Assembly (NCBI GenBank): GCA_964368835.1
Contig: CAYJCZ010000005.1
Span: 1 to 41,694 of the forward strand
Source of the DNA: an uncultured Candidatus Saccharibacteria bacterium
GTDB lineage: Bacteria > Patescibacteriota > Minisyncoccia > Phycocordibacterales > UBA6065
Direction of reading: 5' to 3'
Length of the DNA: 41,694 nt
The notes beneath the pieces were generated by a model. It did no database searches, was not told the origin of the DNA, and saw nothing but the letters and a program-made list of their open reading frames with translations. Each line of letters starts with the position of its first letter. Positions within the stretch are counted from its first letter, which is position 1. This document shows positions 9,201-18,653 of this stretch, in pieces. The translations under genes and the position numbers were made by a program.

Positions 9201-9905
9201 ATGAATCAAATCACCCCCGCTCGCGTAATCGCCATCGATGGCGGCGAAGGATCAGGCAAGACGTCCACTGCAAAGACGCTTGCTCGCAGCCTTGTGTATT
9301 CTCGGCTTGATTCAGGCTCACTGTATCGCACAGTAGCCCATCAATGCATGTTACAGGGCATACCTGTAACCAACATAAACAAAGTCATCGAGGCAGCGGA
9401 AAAGATCTGCCCTCGGATTTCAATCCGAAATGGCGTAACCCATTTCGATGATTCACCGGTGGGCGAAGAAATCCGCACACCTGATGTGAGCACGGCAACC
9501 TCAAAGGTTTCAGAGATTCCCGAGGTGCGGGAGCTTCTCTGCAAAATCCAACGCAGCTGCATCAATGATGTTGGACTCGTGGCCGAAGGTCGCGACATGA
9601 CATCAGTCGTGTTCAAGGACGCGATTCTCAAGATCTACCTCACGGCAGCTCCAGAGGTTCGTGCCCAACGCCGCTACGAAGAGCGTTTGCGCAATGGTGA
9701 AAATATCACCTACAAGCAAACACTCGAGAAACTTATCGATCGCGATAAGCGGGACAGTGAGCGGGCGTGCTGCCCTCTTATCCGCGTGCCCGATGCGTTC
9801 CTCATCGAAAGCGACAACATGTCGCTCGAAGGTGTGGTTCAACTCATCGAAGGCATCTGGCTCTCGAGATTGTCGATTGTCGACCGTCACCGCGCCGTTG
9901 CCTGA
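9201..9905 (+). CDS. cmk: Cytidylate kinase
   Basis: IAIDGGEGSGKT P-loop, LDSGSLYR, EGRDM, RDKRDSER; start moved to ATG 9201 behind AGGAG. Confidence 0.9.
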   Translation: MNQITPARVIAIDGGEGSGKTSTAKTLARSLVYSRLDSGSLYRTVAHQCMLQGIPVTNINKVIEAAEKICPRISIRNGVTHFDDSPVGEEIRTPDVSTATSKVSEIPEVRELLCKIQRSCINDVGLVAEGRDMTSVVFKDAILKIYLTAAPEVRAQRRYEERLRNGENITYKQTLEKLIDRDKRDSERACCPLIRVPDAFLIESDNMSLEGVVQLIEGIWLSRLSIVDRHRAVA

Positions 9906-9910
9906 AATTC

Positions 9911-9939
9911 AAATCGCCCGTCAGACGGGCGATTTTTTT
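9911..9939. terminator. Terminator between cmk and gyrA
   Basis: AAATCGCCCGT/ACGGGCGATTT plus T tract. Confidence 0.8.
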
Positions 9940-9959
9940 ATTTGAATATGTTTTTAAGT

Positions 9960-12428
9960 CTAGAGACAAACAACTGATGCGAGCGAATCTCCTTCTCGAA
10001 GTTTCATCACACGTACGCCTTGAGTAGATCGGCCGAGTAGAGGAATCTCCTTGAGATCCACACGCACTACCTGTGATTTTTTCGACATTGCCACAAGTTC
10101 ACTATCTTCTTCGGTGATAACTTTTGCAGCAATTACCTGTCCTGTCTTATCAGTAACATTCATTGTAAGAATTCCTGATCCGCCTCGATTCTGAGTTTTA
10201 TATTCGTCAGCGTTGGTTGTCTTTCCGTATCCATTTTTTGAGATAACCATGATGCGCGGATTCTTGTGCTCTTTCTTGATTACATCGGCTGAAATTACGT
10301 AATCCCCTTTTGTCAAAAGAATTCCTCGAACACCAATAGCAGATCGCCCCATTTCACGAACATCAGCTTCTTCAAATCGAATAGACTGACCTTCTGCCGT
10401 AATAATAGACATATCATCTCCCTTTGAGACAAATGATACAGACATAAGTGCATCGCCCGTTTCAAGGGTAATTGCAATAAGTCCAGATCGTCGCACATCA
10501 TGGAAGCTTTCTGCCTTAACCTTCTTGGTTGTTCCGAGACGCGTCACCATCATAAGTGAAAGCGCTGCTGCCTGCTTTGATTCCTTTGGCATAGGAAGAA
10601 TCGAGGTCACCTTTTCGTTGTCAGCAAGTGAAAGGAAATTCACAAGCGCCTTTCCTTTTGTTGCTCGCTTACCTTCTGGCAATTCATACATCTTTATCTG
10701 ATATGCCTTTCCTTTGTCTGTAAAGAAAAGAATATCTGAGTGTGTATTTGCCGTAACAAGATTTGTGACAAAATCTTCTTCTTTTGTATCAAGATCAATC
10801 ACACCCACACCACCTCGCTTTTGCTTGCGGTATTCATCTGGCATGGTTCGCTTTACATATCCACCCTGCGTCAAAACAAGAACGTTTTCGACATCCGGGA
10901 TGAGATCCTCGTCAGAGAGAACCTTTGCACCGTGCTTGATAACCTTTGTCTTTCGATCATCGCCATACTTTTCTCGAATTTCGGCAATTTCTTTCTTGAT
11001 AACGCCAAGAATTTTCTTTGGGCTCGCAAGGAGGGCTTTGAGCTCTTCGATAAGTGCCTGAACTTCTTTGAGTTCATCTTCAATCTTTTGTCGTTCAAGT
11101 GCAGCAAGCTTCTGAAGTCGCATATCAAGAATTGCCTGCGCCTGAAGAGCTGAGAATTTGAAAATCTTCATGAGGCCACTTTTCGCATCTTCTACGCTCG
11201 AAGATTTCCTAATGAGTTTGATGATTTCATCAATATGATCGAGAGCTTTCTTAAGACCAACCAAAATATGCTCACGAGCTTCTGCGATTCGGAGATCGTA
11301 TGCTGTTCGGCGCTTTATGACTTCTACTCGGTGCTCGATAAAGTGCTCAAGAATTGATTTAAGCGAAAGAGTTTCAGGTCGTCCATGAACAAGTGCAACA
11401 ATGTTGAGATGGAACGTATCCTCGAGCTGAGTGTGTTTATAAAGAAAGTTAAGAACTTTTTGTGGGTGAGCACCCTGTTTGAGATCGATTACAACGCGAA
11501 TGTCCTTTGCAGATTCATCTCGAAGACCTTTGATACCTTCAATCTTTTTGTCGCGAACCAAGTCAGCAATAGCGACAATGAGATCAGCTTTAACAACTCG
11601 ATATGGAATCGAGGTAATAATAATCTGGAATTGCCCTGCTTTGTTTTCAACAATTTCTGCTTCACCACGACAAAGAATTCCTCCTCGTCCTGTTGAGTAC
11701 GCATGCTGAATATCCTTTTCACTGTAAATTGTTCCGCCAGTTGGAAAATCAGGACCTTTAATAAATTGGAGAAGGTCTTCGGTAGTAGCGTCACCATTTT
11801 CAATCAAATGAGATGTCGCATCCAACACTTCGGTGAGGTTATGAGGCGGAATGTTCGTCGCCATACCCACAGCAATACCCAATGTTCCGTTCAAAAGGAG
11901 GTTTGGAACAGCAGTTGGAAGAACTGAAGGTTCCTTACGGGTGTTGTCGTAGTTTGGTCTGAAATCAACAGTCTCCTTTTCGAGATCTCGAAGGAGTTCA
12001 CCTGCAACACGAGACATTTTTGCCTCGGTGTATCGGTATGCCGCAGCACCGTCGCCGTCGATTGAGCCAAAGTTTCCTTGACCAATGATAAGCGGATATC
12101 GCATCGAGAAATCCTGCGCCATCTTTACCATCGCATCATACACAGACGCGTCACCGTGAGGATGATATTTACCGAGCACGTCTCCCACGATCGTTGCAGA
12201 CTTCTTTGTTTTTGCAGAAGCTGTAAGTCCGATGTCATGCATCGCAAAAAGAATTCGTCGGTGCACAGGTTTGAGACCATCTCGCACATCAGGCAAGGCT
12301 CTTGCTGTAATAACTGACATCGCGTAGTCGAGATATGAATCTCGCATTTCTGTCACGATCGATCGAGGCACAACGCCTTTCTCTTGGAACGGCAATTTAG
12401 CGTCAGGCGGAGGTGTTTTTGGGCTCAT
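9960..12428 (-). CDS. gyrA: DNA gyrase subunit A
   Basis: [34 protein letters not shown]; C-terminal beta-pinwheel repeats with a GyrA-box-like QKRGGVG. Confidence 0.96.
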   Translation of the reverse strand: MSPKTPPPDAKLPFQEKGVVPRSIVTEMRDSYLDYAMSVITARALPDVRDGLKPVHRRILFAMHDIGLTASAKTKKSATIVGDVLGKYHPHGDASVYDAMVKMAQDFSMRYPLIIGQGNFGSIDGDGAAAYRYTEAKMSRVAGELLRDLEKETVDFRPNYDNTRKEPSVLPTAVPNLLLNGTLGIAVGMATNIPPHNLTEVLDATSHLIENGDATTEDLLQFIKGPDFPTGGTIYSEKDIQHAYSTGRGGILCRGEAEIVENKAGQFQIIITSIPYRVVKADLIVAIADLVRDKKIEGIKGLRDESAKDIRVVIDLKQGAHPQKVLNFLYKHTQLEDTFHLNIVALVHGRPETLSLKSILEHFIEHRVEVIKRRTAYDLRIAEAREHILVGLKKALDHIDEIIKLIRKSSSVEDAKSGLMKIFKFSALQAQAILDMRLQKLAALERQKIEDELKEVQALIEELKALLASPKKILGVIKKEIAEIREKYGDDRKTKVIKHGAKVLSDEDLIPDVENVLVLTQGGYVKRTMPDEYRKQKRGGVGVIDLDTKEEDFVTNLVTANTHSDILFFTDKGKAYQIKMYELPEGKRATKGKALVNFLSLADNEKVTSILPMPKESKQAAALSLMMVTRLGTTKKVKAESFHDVRRSGLIAITLETGDALMSVSFVSKGDDMSIITAEGQSIRFEEADVREMGRSAIGVRGILLTKGDYVISADVIKKEHKNPRIMVISKNGYGKTTNADEYKTQNRGGSGILTMNVTDKTGQVIAAKVITEEDSELVAMSKKSQVVRVDLKEIPLLGRSTQGVRVMKLREGDSLASVVCL

Positions 12429-12537
12429 GGGTAAAGATAAAAATAATGCTCAGTGACGAGCTTCTTATGGCTTAATACTACCATTTTTTGACCTTTTCAA
12501 GTAGTTGACCAAGGTTAAATTTAGTAGCCTTATTTCG

Positions 12538-12840
12538 TTATTCTGTCGTCGTTGCGCTGCCATAATAAGGTGCTTCCTCTACAGGAGTTTCATTACTATA
12601 TGTTTCAGTATTCTTAAATATTTTACCTACCTGATCGCCAAAAGAAGCAAAGGTTTCCTTAAGACTTGGCATATTAGCCAAAGCACCTTCTTTAACCTCT
12701 GGCATTCCCTTTTTATATATAAAGAGAGAGACGCCCCAAATCACAGCGATTACAAGTGTAATACTGAGAGAAATAGTAAAAACCTTTTTTCGCCTTTCAG
12801 CTTCTGGCTTTTTTCGGAGGTTTTCGATGTAGTTAAGCAT
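12538..12840 (-). CDS. Hypothetical single-TM protein
   Basis: Charged N-terminus followed by one TM helix; operon position. Confidence 0.7.
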   Translation of the reverse strand: MLNYIENLRKKPEAERRKKVFTISLSITLVIAVIWGVSLFIYKKGMPEVKEGALANMPSLKETFASFGDQVGKIFKNTETYSNETPVEEAPYYGSATTTE

Positions 12841-12861
12841 TACAGATGCTTATTATTAAAC

Positions 12862-13491
12862 TTATGCCTGTGGCTCGAGCACAACAACGTCAGCGTCCTT
12901 TCCTTCGAGATCCTTTTTCTTGAGAGTAAGCTTTGCTTCTGGTTTCTGATCTTCTTCTCCAGCTTCCTTGAGGAACGTTTTAAGCGCTGCGTTATTTCCA
13001 AAATAAAGTGGAATTATGAGTTTTGGCTCCATTTTAACCGCGAGCTTTGCTGCATCTGCTGGTGAAAGTACTCCATCAGCACCAAGTGGAACAAAAAGGA
13101 TATCAATATCATCGATGGCTTCTGAAACTTCACTTGGCAATTCTTTAGCAGAGTTGGCACCAAGGAAACACAAATTCATATTCTCGAGGTTGATTGTATA
13201 GATCGTGTTAAGTCTATCCTCACCGCCATATCGTGATTCGGATTTGAAACCCTTGATAAAAACATCCTTGATTTCATATTCACCTGGACCCGTGATTGCA
13301 AACGCAGTTTTTTCACCAAAAGAAACCTGATCAGTACCACAAAAATCCACATGATTAAGTGAAACAAGCGCAATATCTGCCCCAAACTTGCTTGTATTGA
13401 GCTTTGAATCCTTTGAAATAGGATTTACTGCGATTGTAATATCGCCGAACTGTAACTTAACGAATGCCCCGCCTTGATATGTGATAACCAT
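12862..13491 (-). CDS. MBL-fold hydrolase-like protein
   Basis: ITGPGEYEIKDVFIKG, DILFVPLG, EPKLIIP typical of the beta-lactamase_B_3 family; metal motif degenerate (SLNHVDF). Confidence 0.8.
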   Translation of the reverse strand: MVITYQGGAFVKLQFGDITIAVNPISKDSKLNTSKFGADIALVSLNHVDFCGTDQVSFGEKTAFAITGPGEYEIKDVFIKGFKSESRYGGEDRLNTIYTINLENMNLCFLGANSAKELPSEVSEAIDDIDILFVPLGADGVLSPADAAKLAVKMEPKLIIPLYFGNNAALKTFLKEAGEEDQKPEAKLTLKKKDLEGKDADVVVLEPQA

Positions 13492-13725
13492 AAGTGAAAC
13501 CAGTATAGGGTATTTTGCAAATTCTATCTAGAGATGCATCAGTCTCGTCGCCTCAAATCCTTTACTTTCCCTCGAGAAAATGCTAACTTTCCATCTACCG
13601 ACAAACCTTACGGAATATCGGTATTTATCAAAAAATCCCCTCGAAATTAACCCTTTTTGCAGGCGCTCTTGATTGAGCTGGCTTAGAGAAACTGCGCAAA
13701 AAGAAATTTCAGGCTTTTTTATTAC

Positions 13726-14844
13726 ATGGCTATTACAAAAGAGACAAAAAAGAAGGTAGTGATCGAAGATCCAAAGCTTGATACCCACATGGGCAAGTTG
13801 CTCGCGGATTCTGTCACTCCTCCTAACGCCGGCGACCTTATTGAAGGCTCGGTTATCGCTATCGACAAGAAGGGTGTCTTCGTTGACCTCCCTCCATTCG
13901 GTACCGGTATTATTTACGGACGAGAATACATTCTTGCTCGAGATGTTATCAAGAAGATAAACATCGGCGACAAGGTTTCAGCAAAAATCGTTGATCCATC
14001 AAACAAAGATGGTTATATCGAACTCTCCCTCAAGGAGGCTCGACAGGCTTTGATTTGGACTGAAGCTGAACAAGCTATTGCTACAAAGGCTATCCTTGAA
14101 CTCCCTATTAAGGAAGCAAATAAAGGTGGTCTTATTATTGAATGGCAGGGCATCCAGGGCTTCCTCCCTGCTTCTCAGCTTAAACCTGAGCACTACCCAC
14201 GCGTTCAGGATGGCGATAAGGATCGAATCCTCGAAGAACTCAAGAAACTCGTTGGCACAAAGCTTGCGGTTTCTATCATCGGAGCATTTCCAAAGGAAGG
14301 AAAGCTTATCTTCTCTGAAAAGAACTCTGTTGCAGGTGCAGACAAAGCTGTTGCTGTTGCAAAGTTTAAAGTTGGAGATGAAGTTGAAGGAAAGGTTACA
14401 GGCATGGTGGACTTCGGAGTCTTTGTCAAAATTGATGAAGGTCTTGAAGGTTTGGTTCACATCTCTGAAATCGACTGGGCTCTTGTTGAAGATCCTAAGA
14501 CTCGATTTAAGGTTGGCGACAAGGTTCGAGTTCGCGTAATCGAAGTTAAAGAAGGAAAAGTATCTCTTTCAATCAAGGCTCTCAAACCAAATCCATGGGT
14601 TGAAGCTGGAAAGAAGTACAAGAAGGACATGGTTGTTAAGGGTGTTGTTATCAAATTCAACCGCCATGGTGCCCTCGCATCAATCGAAGAAGGTATTGCT
14701 GGACTTGTCCACGTATCTGAATTCGGTTCAGATGAGAAGCTTCGCGCAAATCTTGAGCTCGGAAAGGTATATCCATTCAAGATAACTCTCTTTGATGCGA
14801 ATAATCAGAAAATGACCCTCGCATTCGGTGGAGACAAGAAATAA
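13726..14844 (+). CDS. rpsA: 30S ribosomal protein S1 (short, about 4 S1 domains)
   Basis: Repeated S1 motifs (GFLPASQL, DFGVFV...EGLVHISEI, AGLVHVSEF). Confidence 0.9.
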   Translation: MAITKETKKKVVIEDPKLDTHMGKLLADSVTPPNAGDLIEGSVIAIDKKGVFVDLPPFGTGIIYGREYILARDVIKKINIGDKVSAKIVDPSNKDGYIELSLKEARQALIWTEAEQAIATKAILELPIKEANKGGLIIEWQGIQGFLPASQLKPEHYPRVQDGDKDRILEELKKLVGTKLAVSIIGAFPKEGKLIFSEKNSVAGADKAVAVAKFKVGDEVEGKVTGMVDFGVFVKIDEGLEGLVHISEIDWALVEDPKTRFKVGDKVRVRVIEVKEGKVSLSIKALKPNPWVEAGKKYKKDMVVKGVVIKFNRHGALASIEEGIAGLVHVSEFGSDEKLRANLELGKVYPFKITLFDANNQKMTLAFGGDKK

Positions 14845-14866
14845 GTAAGACTCATTCTTGCTACTC

Positions 14867-14892
14867 AAAAAACTCCCAACCGGGAGTTTTTT
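14867..14892. terminator. Bidirectional terminator after rpsA
   Basis: AAAAAACTCCC/GGGAGTTTTTT. Confidence 0.85.
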
Positions 14893-14931
14893 GTTTGACA
14901 TTTATATTAAAAAATGATAAATAATGTAGGC

Positions 14932-15051
14932 GTGTGTTCGCTCACGAACGACGCGACAGTGTGAATAACTGACTAATGCGTAATGGTAAGGATTATTAGC
15001 GTAATCCCTACCCGGCAGGTGGTCCTTTGCCGGCGCCACCTGCCGACACAC
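14932..15051. ncRNA. Candidate multi-helix structured RNA 1 (unassigned)
   Basis: Closing GTGTGT/ACACAC helix around several hairpins, including perfect CGGCAGGTGG/CCACCTGCCG (15013-15045). Confidence 0.45.
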
Positions 15052-15073
15052 TTTTGTTCTTTAGATTCCTTAC

Positions 15074-15105
15074 AGACGCCTCTCAATTCGAGAGCGTCTT
15101 TTTTT
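15074..15105 (+). terminator. Intrinsic terminator
   Basis: AGACG-C-CTCTC/GAGAG-CGTCT plus T tract. Confidence 0.7.
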
Positions 15106-15106
15106 A

Positions 15107-15134
15107 TTGACAAAATAGAGATAAAAGTTAGTAT
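15107..15134 (+). promoter_or_regulatory. Sigma70-type promoter
   Basis: TTGACA-16 nt-TAGTAT. Confidence 0.5.
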
Positions 15135-15140
15135 TGTCAC

Positions 15141-15396
15141 TGGCCGGTTTGTAACACGGTCCCCTGCACAACAAGCAGGGCGGTGTACGCAAGTATGCCG
15201 CCCTGCCCTAGCAGAATCAACGTTCTTTTCATCTTACTTCCCCCTACGCCCAAACGTAACGGGGTAACGCCGACCGAGCCCGCGTCACAACTGGCGGGAG
15301 CGACCTTCCTGTCTCCATGGTCGCTCCCGCCACCGCCGCGCTTCGACTTCGCGCAACCAACAATAACCGCACTCATAATGAGAGCGGTTTTCTTTT
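15141..15396 (+). ncRNA. Candidate sRNA 2 with its own promoter and terminator
   Basis: 14-bp stem with GCAA tetraloop (15175-15206); perfect 14-bp stem (15292-15332); terminator 15365-15396; no convincing + strand ORF. Confidence 0.5.
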
Positions 15397-15455
15397 GTAA
15401 TTGACTCGATTATCTTCAAGGTATACAGTATTAAAAGACCCCTTTGTTGGGGAAT

Positions 15456-15532
15456 AAAAAGAAGGGCGGCGCGCGTCCACTCACCCGATAGCAGGACGAC
15501 ACACCTGCCAAGATGACGCCCGCGCGCCGCCC
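15456..15532 (-). ncRNA. Candidate structured element 3 (terminator-like or sRNA 3' end)
   Basis: Perfect 12-bp GGGCGGCGCGCG/CGCGCGCCGCCC around an inner GCAGG/CCTGC hairpin; TTCTTTTT follows on the minus strand. Confidence 0.4.
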
Positions 15533-15618
15533 GACTTAACCAGTTCTTTCCTTTTTTCCAATTGACGTCCTGACTGCTTCTTTTTTTGAAGCTCATCTAG
15601 GGCGTCTTTTTTTTATAC

Positions 15619-15644
15619 AAAAAGGCCGCACGTACTCGTGCGGC
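15619..15644 (-). terminator. Intrinsic terminator
   Basis: GCCGCACG/CGTGCGGC plus T5 on the minus strand, just after the stop at 15650. Confidence 0.75.
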
Positions 15645-15649
15645 AATTT

Positions 15650-15859
15650 CTACAAAGGAATTTGCATATCCCCAATAGGCTTATAGTGAGACAAATCATA
15701 TGCAACTTGTATGCACGTGATGAAAAACAGCACCGCCAGAAAAACAGCCATGTACCCGATGGTTTTGTATCCTCGATTCGAACCTCGAAGCGCAAGATAC
15801 CATCCCAGGGCAAGCATGCAAAAAGCCCCAACAACCATTACCAAAAAGAGCAGGTTCAT
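15650..15859 (-). CDS. Small 2-TM membrane protein
   Basis: Two hydrophobic helices; downstream terminator. Confidence 0.6.
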   Translation of the reverse strand: MNLLFLVMVVGAFCMLALGWYLALRGSNRGYKTIGYMAVFLAVLFFITCIQVAYDLSHYKPIGDMQIPL

Positions 15860-15927
15860 TCCAAAAACCTATCACGACTAGTAGATAAATACAAAAAACA
15901 GACCCTCTGGTCTGTTTTCCACCTTCT

Positions 15928-16560
15928 CTACTTATTAAACAAAGCGTTATATTCACTCATCGCTCTCTCAGGTGAATCACTTGTCGCCATTTCAAGACAA
16001 TCCACAACTTTCTTTAATACAGATTTAAGCTCTTCTGCCTCTTTATCTTTAAACTCACCAACAATAAAGCTGTCAGTAATAGCGTCATGATCAGGCTTTT
16101 TTAGCACACCCTTTGCTGTCGCTGGAGTAATACCTATGCGAATTCTAAAGAATGCTTGTGTACCCAATGCCTTAATTACCGAATCCACACCCTTGTGACC
16201 ACCGGCGCTTTTATCCCAAGACATCTTTGCCTTACCAAGCGGGATATCAAGGTCGTCATGAACAACAACAATATTTTGATACGCTTTTACTGATTTGCCT
16301 AGAGAATTTTTTATCTTCTTTGCTCCTTTTGCAAACTTTCCTACTGCGGCACCAGATTTATTCATGAAAGTTTCAGGCAAAATAAGTGTCGCTGTATTTT
16401 TCCCTACTTTTCCAGAAGTGACGAGTGCAGCTTTTTTCTTATCAAATTCAAAGTCATCAAACTCGAATTTCTTTGCAAACTTCATGAGAGCCTCTCGACC
16501 TGCATTATGTCGAGTGCCTTCATATTCCTGACCCGGGTTTCCTAATCCAATTAATATCAT
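15928..16560 (-). CDS. pth: Peptidyl-tRNA hydrolase
   Basis: GLGNPG, TRHNAG, TFMNKSG, HDDLD, GGHKG; start moved to ATG 16560. Confidence 0.93.
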   Translation of the reverse strand: MILIGLGNPGQEYEGTRHNAGREALMKFAKKFEFDDFEFDKKKAALVTSGKVGKNTATLILPETFMNKSGAAVGKFAKGAKKIKNSLGKSVKAYQNIVVVHDDLDIPLGKAKMSWDKSAGGHKGVDSVIKALGTQAFFRIRIGITPATAKGVLKKPDHDAITDSFIVGEFKDKEAEELKSVLKKVVDCLEMATSDSPERAMSEYNALFNK

Positions 16561-16698
16561 GGGGTGATTATAGGACAACAATTAATTTTTTGCGAAAGAG
16601 AAAATACCAAAATTTCACAGGAACATCGAAAATACTATTGCGTCAACAGCACATTCGGGAATATACTTTGCTTACCTTTACATTTTTATAGCCTATTC

Positions 16699-17295
16699 AT
16701 GGAGACACCATCTGCCGCGCAACCGACCCCAGCTCAAAAGAGTTCTTTCTTTAAGGAGCTCATTACGTACGCGGTCATTGCACTTGTTATTGTCGTTCCG
16801 GTCCGCATGTGGATCGCCCAGCCTTTTGTTGTAAGCGGTTCATCGATGGATACAACATTTAAAGACGGAGAGTACCTCATTGTTGATGAAATCACCTACC
16901 GATTCAAAGAACCTGCACGTGGCGATGTGCTTATCTTTAAGTACCCTCAAAATCCTTCGAAGTACTTTATTAAGAGACTTATTGGTCTTCCGGGAGAAAC
17001 TGTGACTGTAAAAAATGATGTTGTGACAATTATCAACACCGATCACCCTCAAGGTATCGCTCTCAACGAACCGTACATCCACTCAAAAACATTTGGTGAT
17101 GTGAATATCACCCTTAGTGACGATGAGTATTTTGTCATGGGTGACAATCGTCTTGTGAGCTCTGACTCTCGCGTATGGGGTCCACTACCAAAGGAAGATC
17201 TTATTGGTAGACCAATCATACGTCTCCTACCGTTTAGCAGAATCGACCTTGTGCCAGGAGCATATGCGAGCTCAACCCTCACCGCGACACCGTAG
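16699..17295 (+). CDS. lepB: Signal peptidase I
   Basis: SGSSM catalytic Ser, FIKRLIGLPGE catalytic Lys, GDNR..S.DSR; start moved to ATG 16699. Confidence 0.93.
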   Translation: METPSAAQPTPAQKSSFFKELITYAVIALVIVVPVRMWIAQPFVVSGSSMDTTFKDGEYLIVDEITYRFKEPARGDVLIFKYPQNPSKYFIKRLIGLPGETVTVKNDVVTIINTDHPQGIALNEPYIHSKTFGDVNITLSDDEYFVMGDNRLVSSDSRVWGPLPKEDLIGRPIIRLLPFSRIDLVPGAYASSTLTATP

Positions 17296-17345
17296 TGAGT
17301 TTCAAGGAAAATCGGAAATAACATTAATCTATTCACACAAAAGAT

Positions 17346-18617
17346 ATGAGCCAGGTTACGAATACGACAAAGCCTCAAAAAGCTCCGACTTCACGAAAAA
17401 AGACAGCAAAAATTGAGCATCCAAAGTATGTCTCGTATGAAAATCTCGACCCGGTTCTTGAAGCAGGCCTCTTTTATGGATTCACACCCCTTGCTACTCC
17501 CCACATCCATCCTGAAGACAGCAATGAAGCAAAAAAGATTTCTGAAGGTGAAATAGTTGTCGATCATGATAATCACGAAGAAGGTGCAACTGTTCGTCTT
17601 GAAGAAAAAATCGCTCTTCTGCACCTCTACGATAAAGAAAAGATGGGAAGCCTTTCACAGCCTCTTATGTTTTCATATCGAAAGCCTTTTGTAGGTGATA
17701 GACGAAAGCCAAACAATAAGGAATCTCACTACGGATTTGAAATCCTTGGTACCAACAAATCAATTGCTGAAGCTATTCTTATTCAGGCAGCTGTATCTAT
17801 CTTGAAAGAAGCAGGTGAAGAAGATCTCCATGTAGAAATTAACTCAATCGGAGACAAAGAGTCCCTCGCTCGCTTCACTCGTGAAGTAACTGCATACTAT
17901 CGTAAGCACCTCCATAATCTTCCGGCTAAATGTCGCGATACATTTAAAAAAGATGTCTTCTCACTTCTTGGATGTGATCACCAGGAATGCATAAAGCTCG
18001 CAGAAGATTGCCCAAAAGCGATTAATTTCCTATCCGAAAAATCTCGCCAGCATTTCAAAGAAGTACTCGAATTCCTTGAAACTCTTGAGATTCAATACTC
18101 AATCAATAACGCCCTCGTCGCAAACCGCGATTATTGTGATGAAACTGTATTTGAAATCCGAAAATCAGATCCAAAAGCACATCCACTCGCTATTGGAATC
18201 CGCTACGATACGCTCGCAAAAAGACTTGGTCACAAAAAGGAGCTTGCTGCTGTAGGTGTCTCGATCGCTATTCCTACCAAAGCCGTAAAAGGTTCTCCGG
18301 TAAAAGCATCAACTGTTGCAAAAATATTGGATCCTCAGATTTGCTTTATGCAGCTTGGATTTGAAGCAAAACTCAAGAGCCTCAAGCTTGTTGAGATACT
18401 TCGTCAGGCGCGAGTGCCGATAATCCAGTCTCTCGCAAAAGATAAGATGGCCGGCCAAGTCGGAATGGCTGAAAAATATCAGTCACCGGTCGTCATCATT
18501 ATGGGAAAGAAAGAGGCGATGGAAGATTCTGTAATCATCCGAGAAACTTCGACAAGGTCGCAGGATTCGGTACTCCTTACAGATGCGGCAGCGAGACTCA
18601 AAAAATACAAAGTATAA
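17346..18617 (+). CDS. Degenerate histidyl-tRNA synthetase / HisZ-like paralog
   Basis: HisRS fold cues (EINSIGD, HFKEVLEFL, VFEI, GIRYD, C-terminal anticodon-binding domain), but motifs 2 and 3 are eroded. Confidence 0.75.
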   Translation: MSQVTNTTKPQKAPTSRKKTAKIEHPKYVSYENLDPVLEAGLFYGFTPLATPHIHPEDSNEAKKISEGEIVVDHDNHEEGATVRLEEKIALLHLYDKEKMGSLSQPLMFSYRKPFVGDRRKPNNKESHYGFEILGTNKSIAEAILIQAAVSILKEAGEEDLHVEINSIGDKESLARFTREVTAYYRKHLHNLPAKCRDTFKKDVFSLLGCDHQECIKLAEDCPKAINFLSEKSRQHFKEVLEFLETLEIQYSINNALVANRDYCDETVFEIRKSDPKAHPLAIGIRYDTLAKRLGHKKELAAVGVSIAIPTKAVKGSPVKASTVAKILDPQICFMQLGFEAKLKSLKLVEILRQARVPIIQSLAKDKMAGQVGMAEKYQSPVVIIMGKKEAMEDSVIIRETSTRSQDSVLLTDAAARLKKYKV

Positions 18618-18621
18618 ATAC

Positions 18622-18651
18622 AAAAAAGCCGAAGGATTACCTTCGGCTTTT
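18622..18651. terminator. Bidirectional terminator
   Basis: AAAAGCCGAAGG/CCTTCGGCTTTT. Confidence 0.85.
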
Positions 18652-18653
18652 GA

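Noticed and set aside
15320-15362. TTCGACT followed by ACCA, as a tmRNA or tRNA 3' end
   Set aside because: There is no 5-bp T-stem closing a 7-nt loop and too few bases for an acceptor strand; the upstream AESTFF... frame does not end like a tag peptide
14983-15596. ORFs 14983-15267, 15183-15404 and 15285-15596
   Set aside because: They run through terminators and GC hairpins, with no RBS or motifs; they look like by-products of structured RNA
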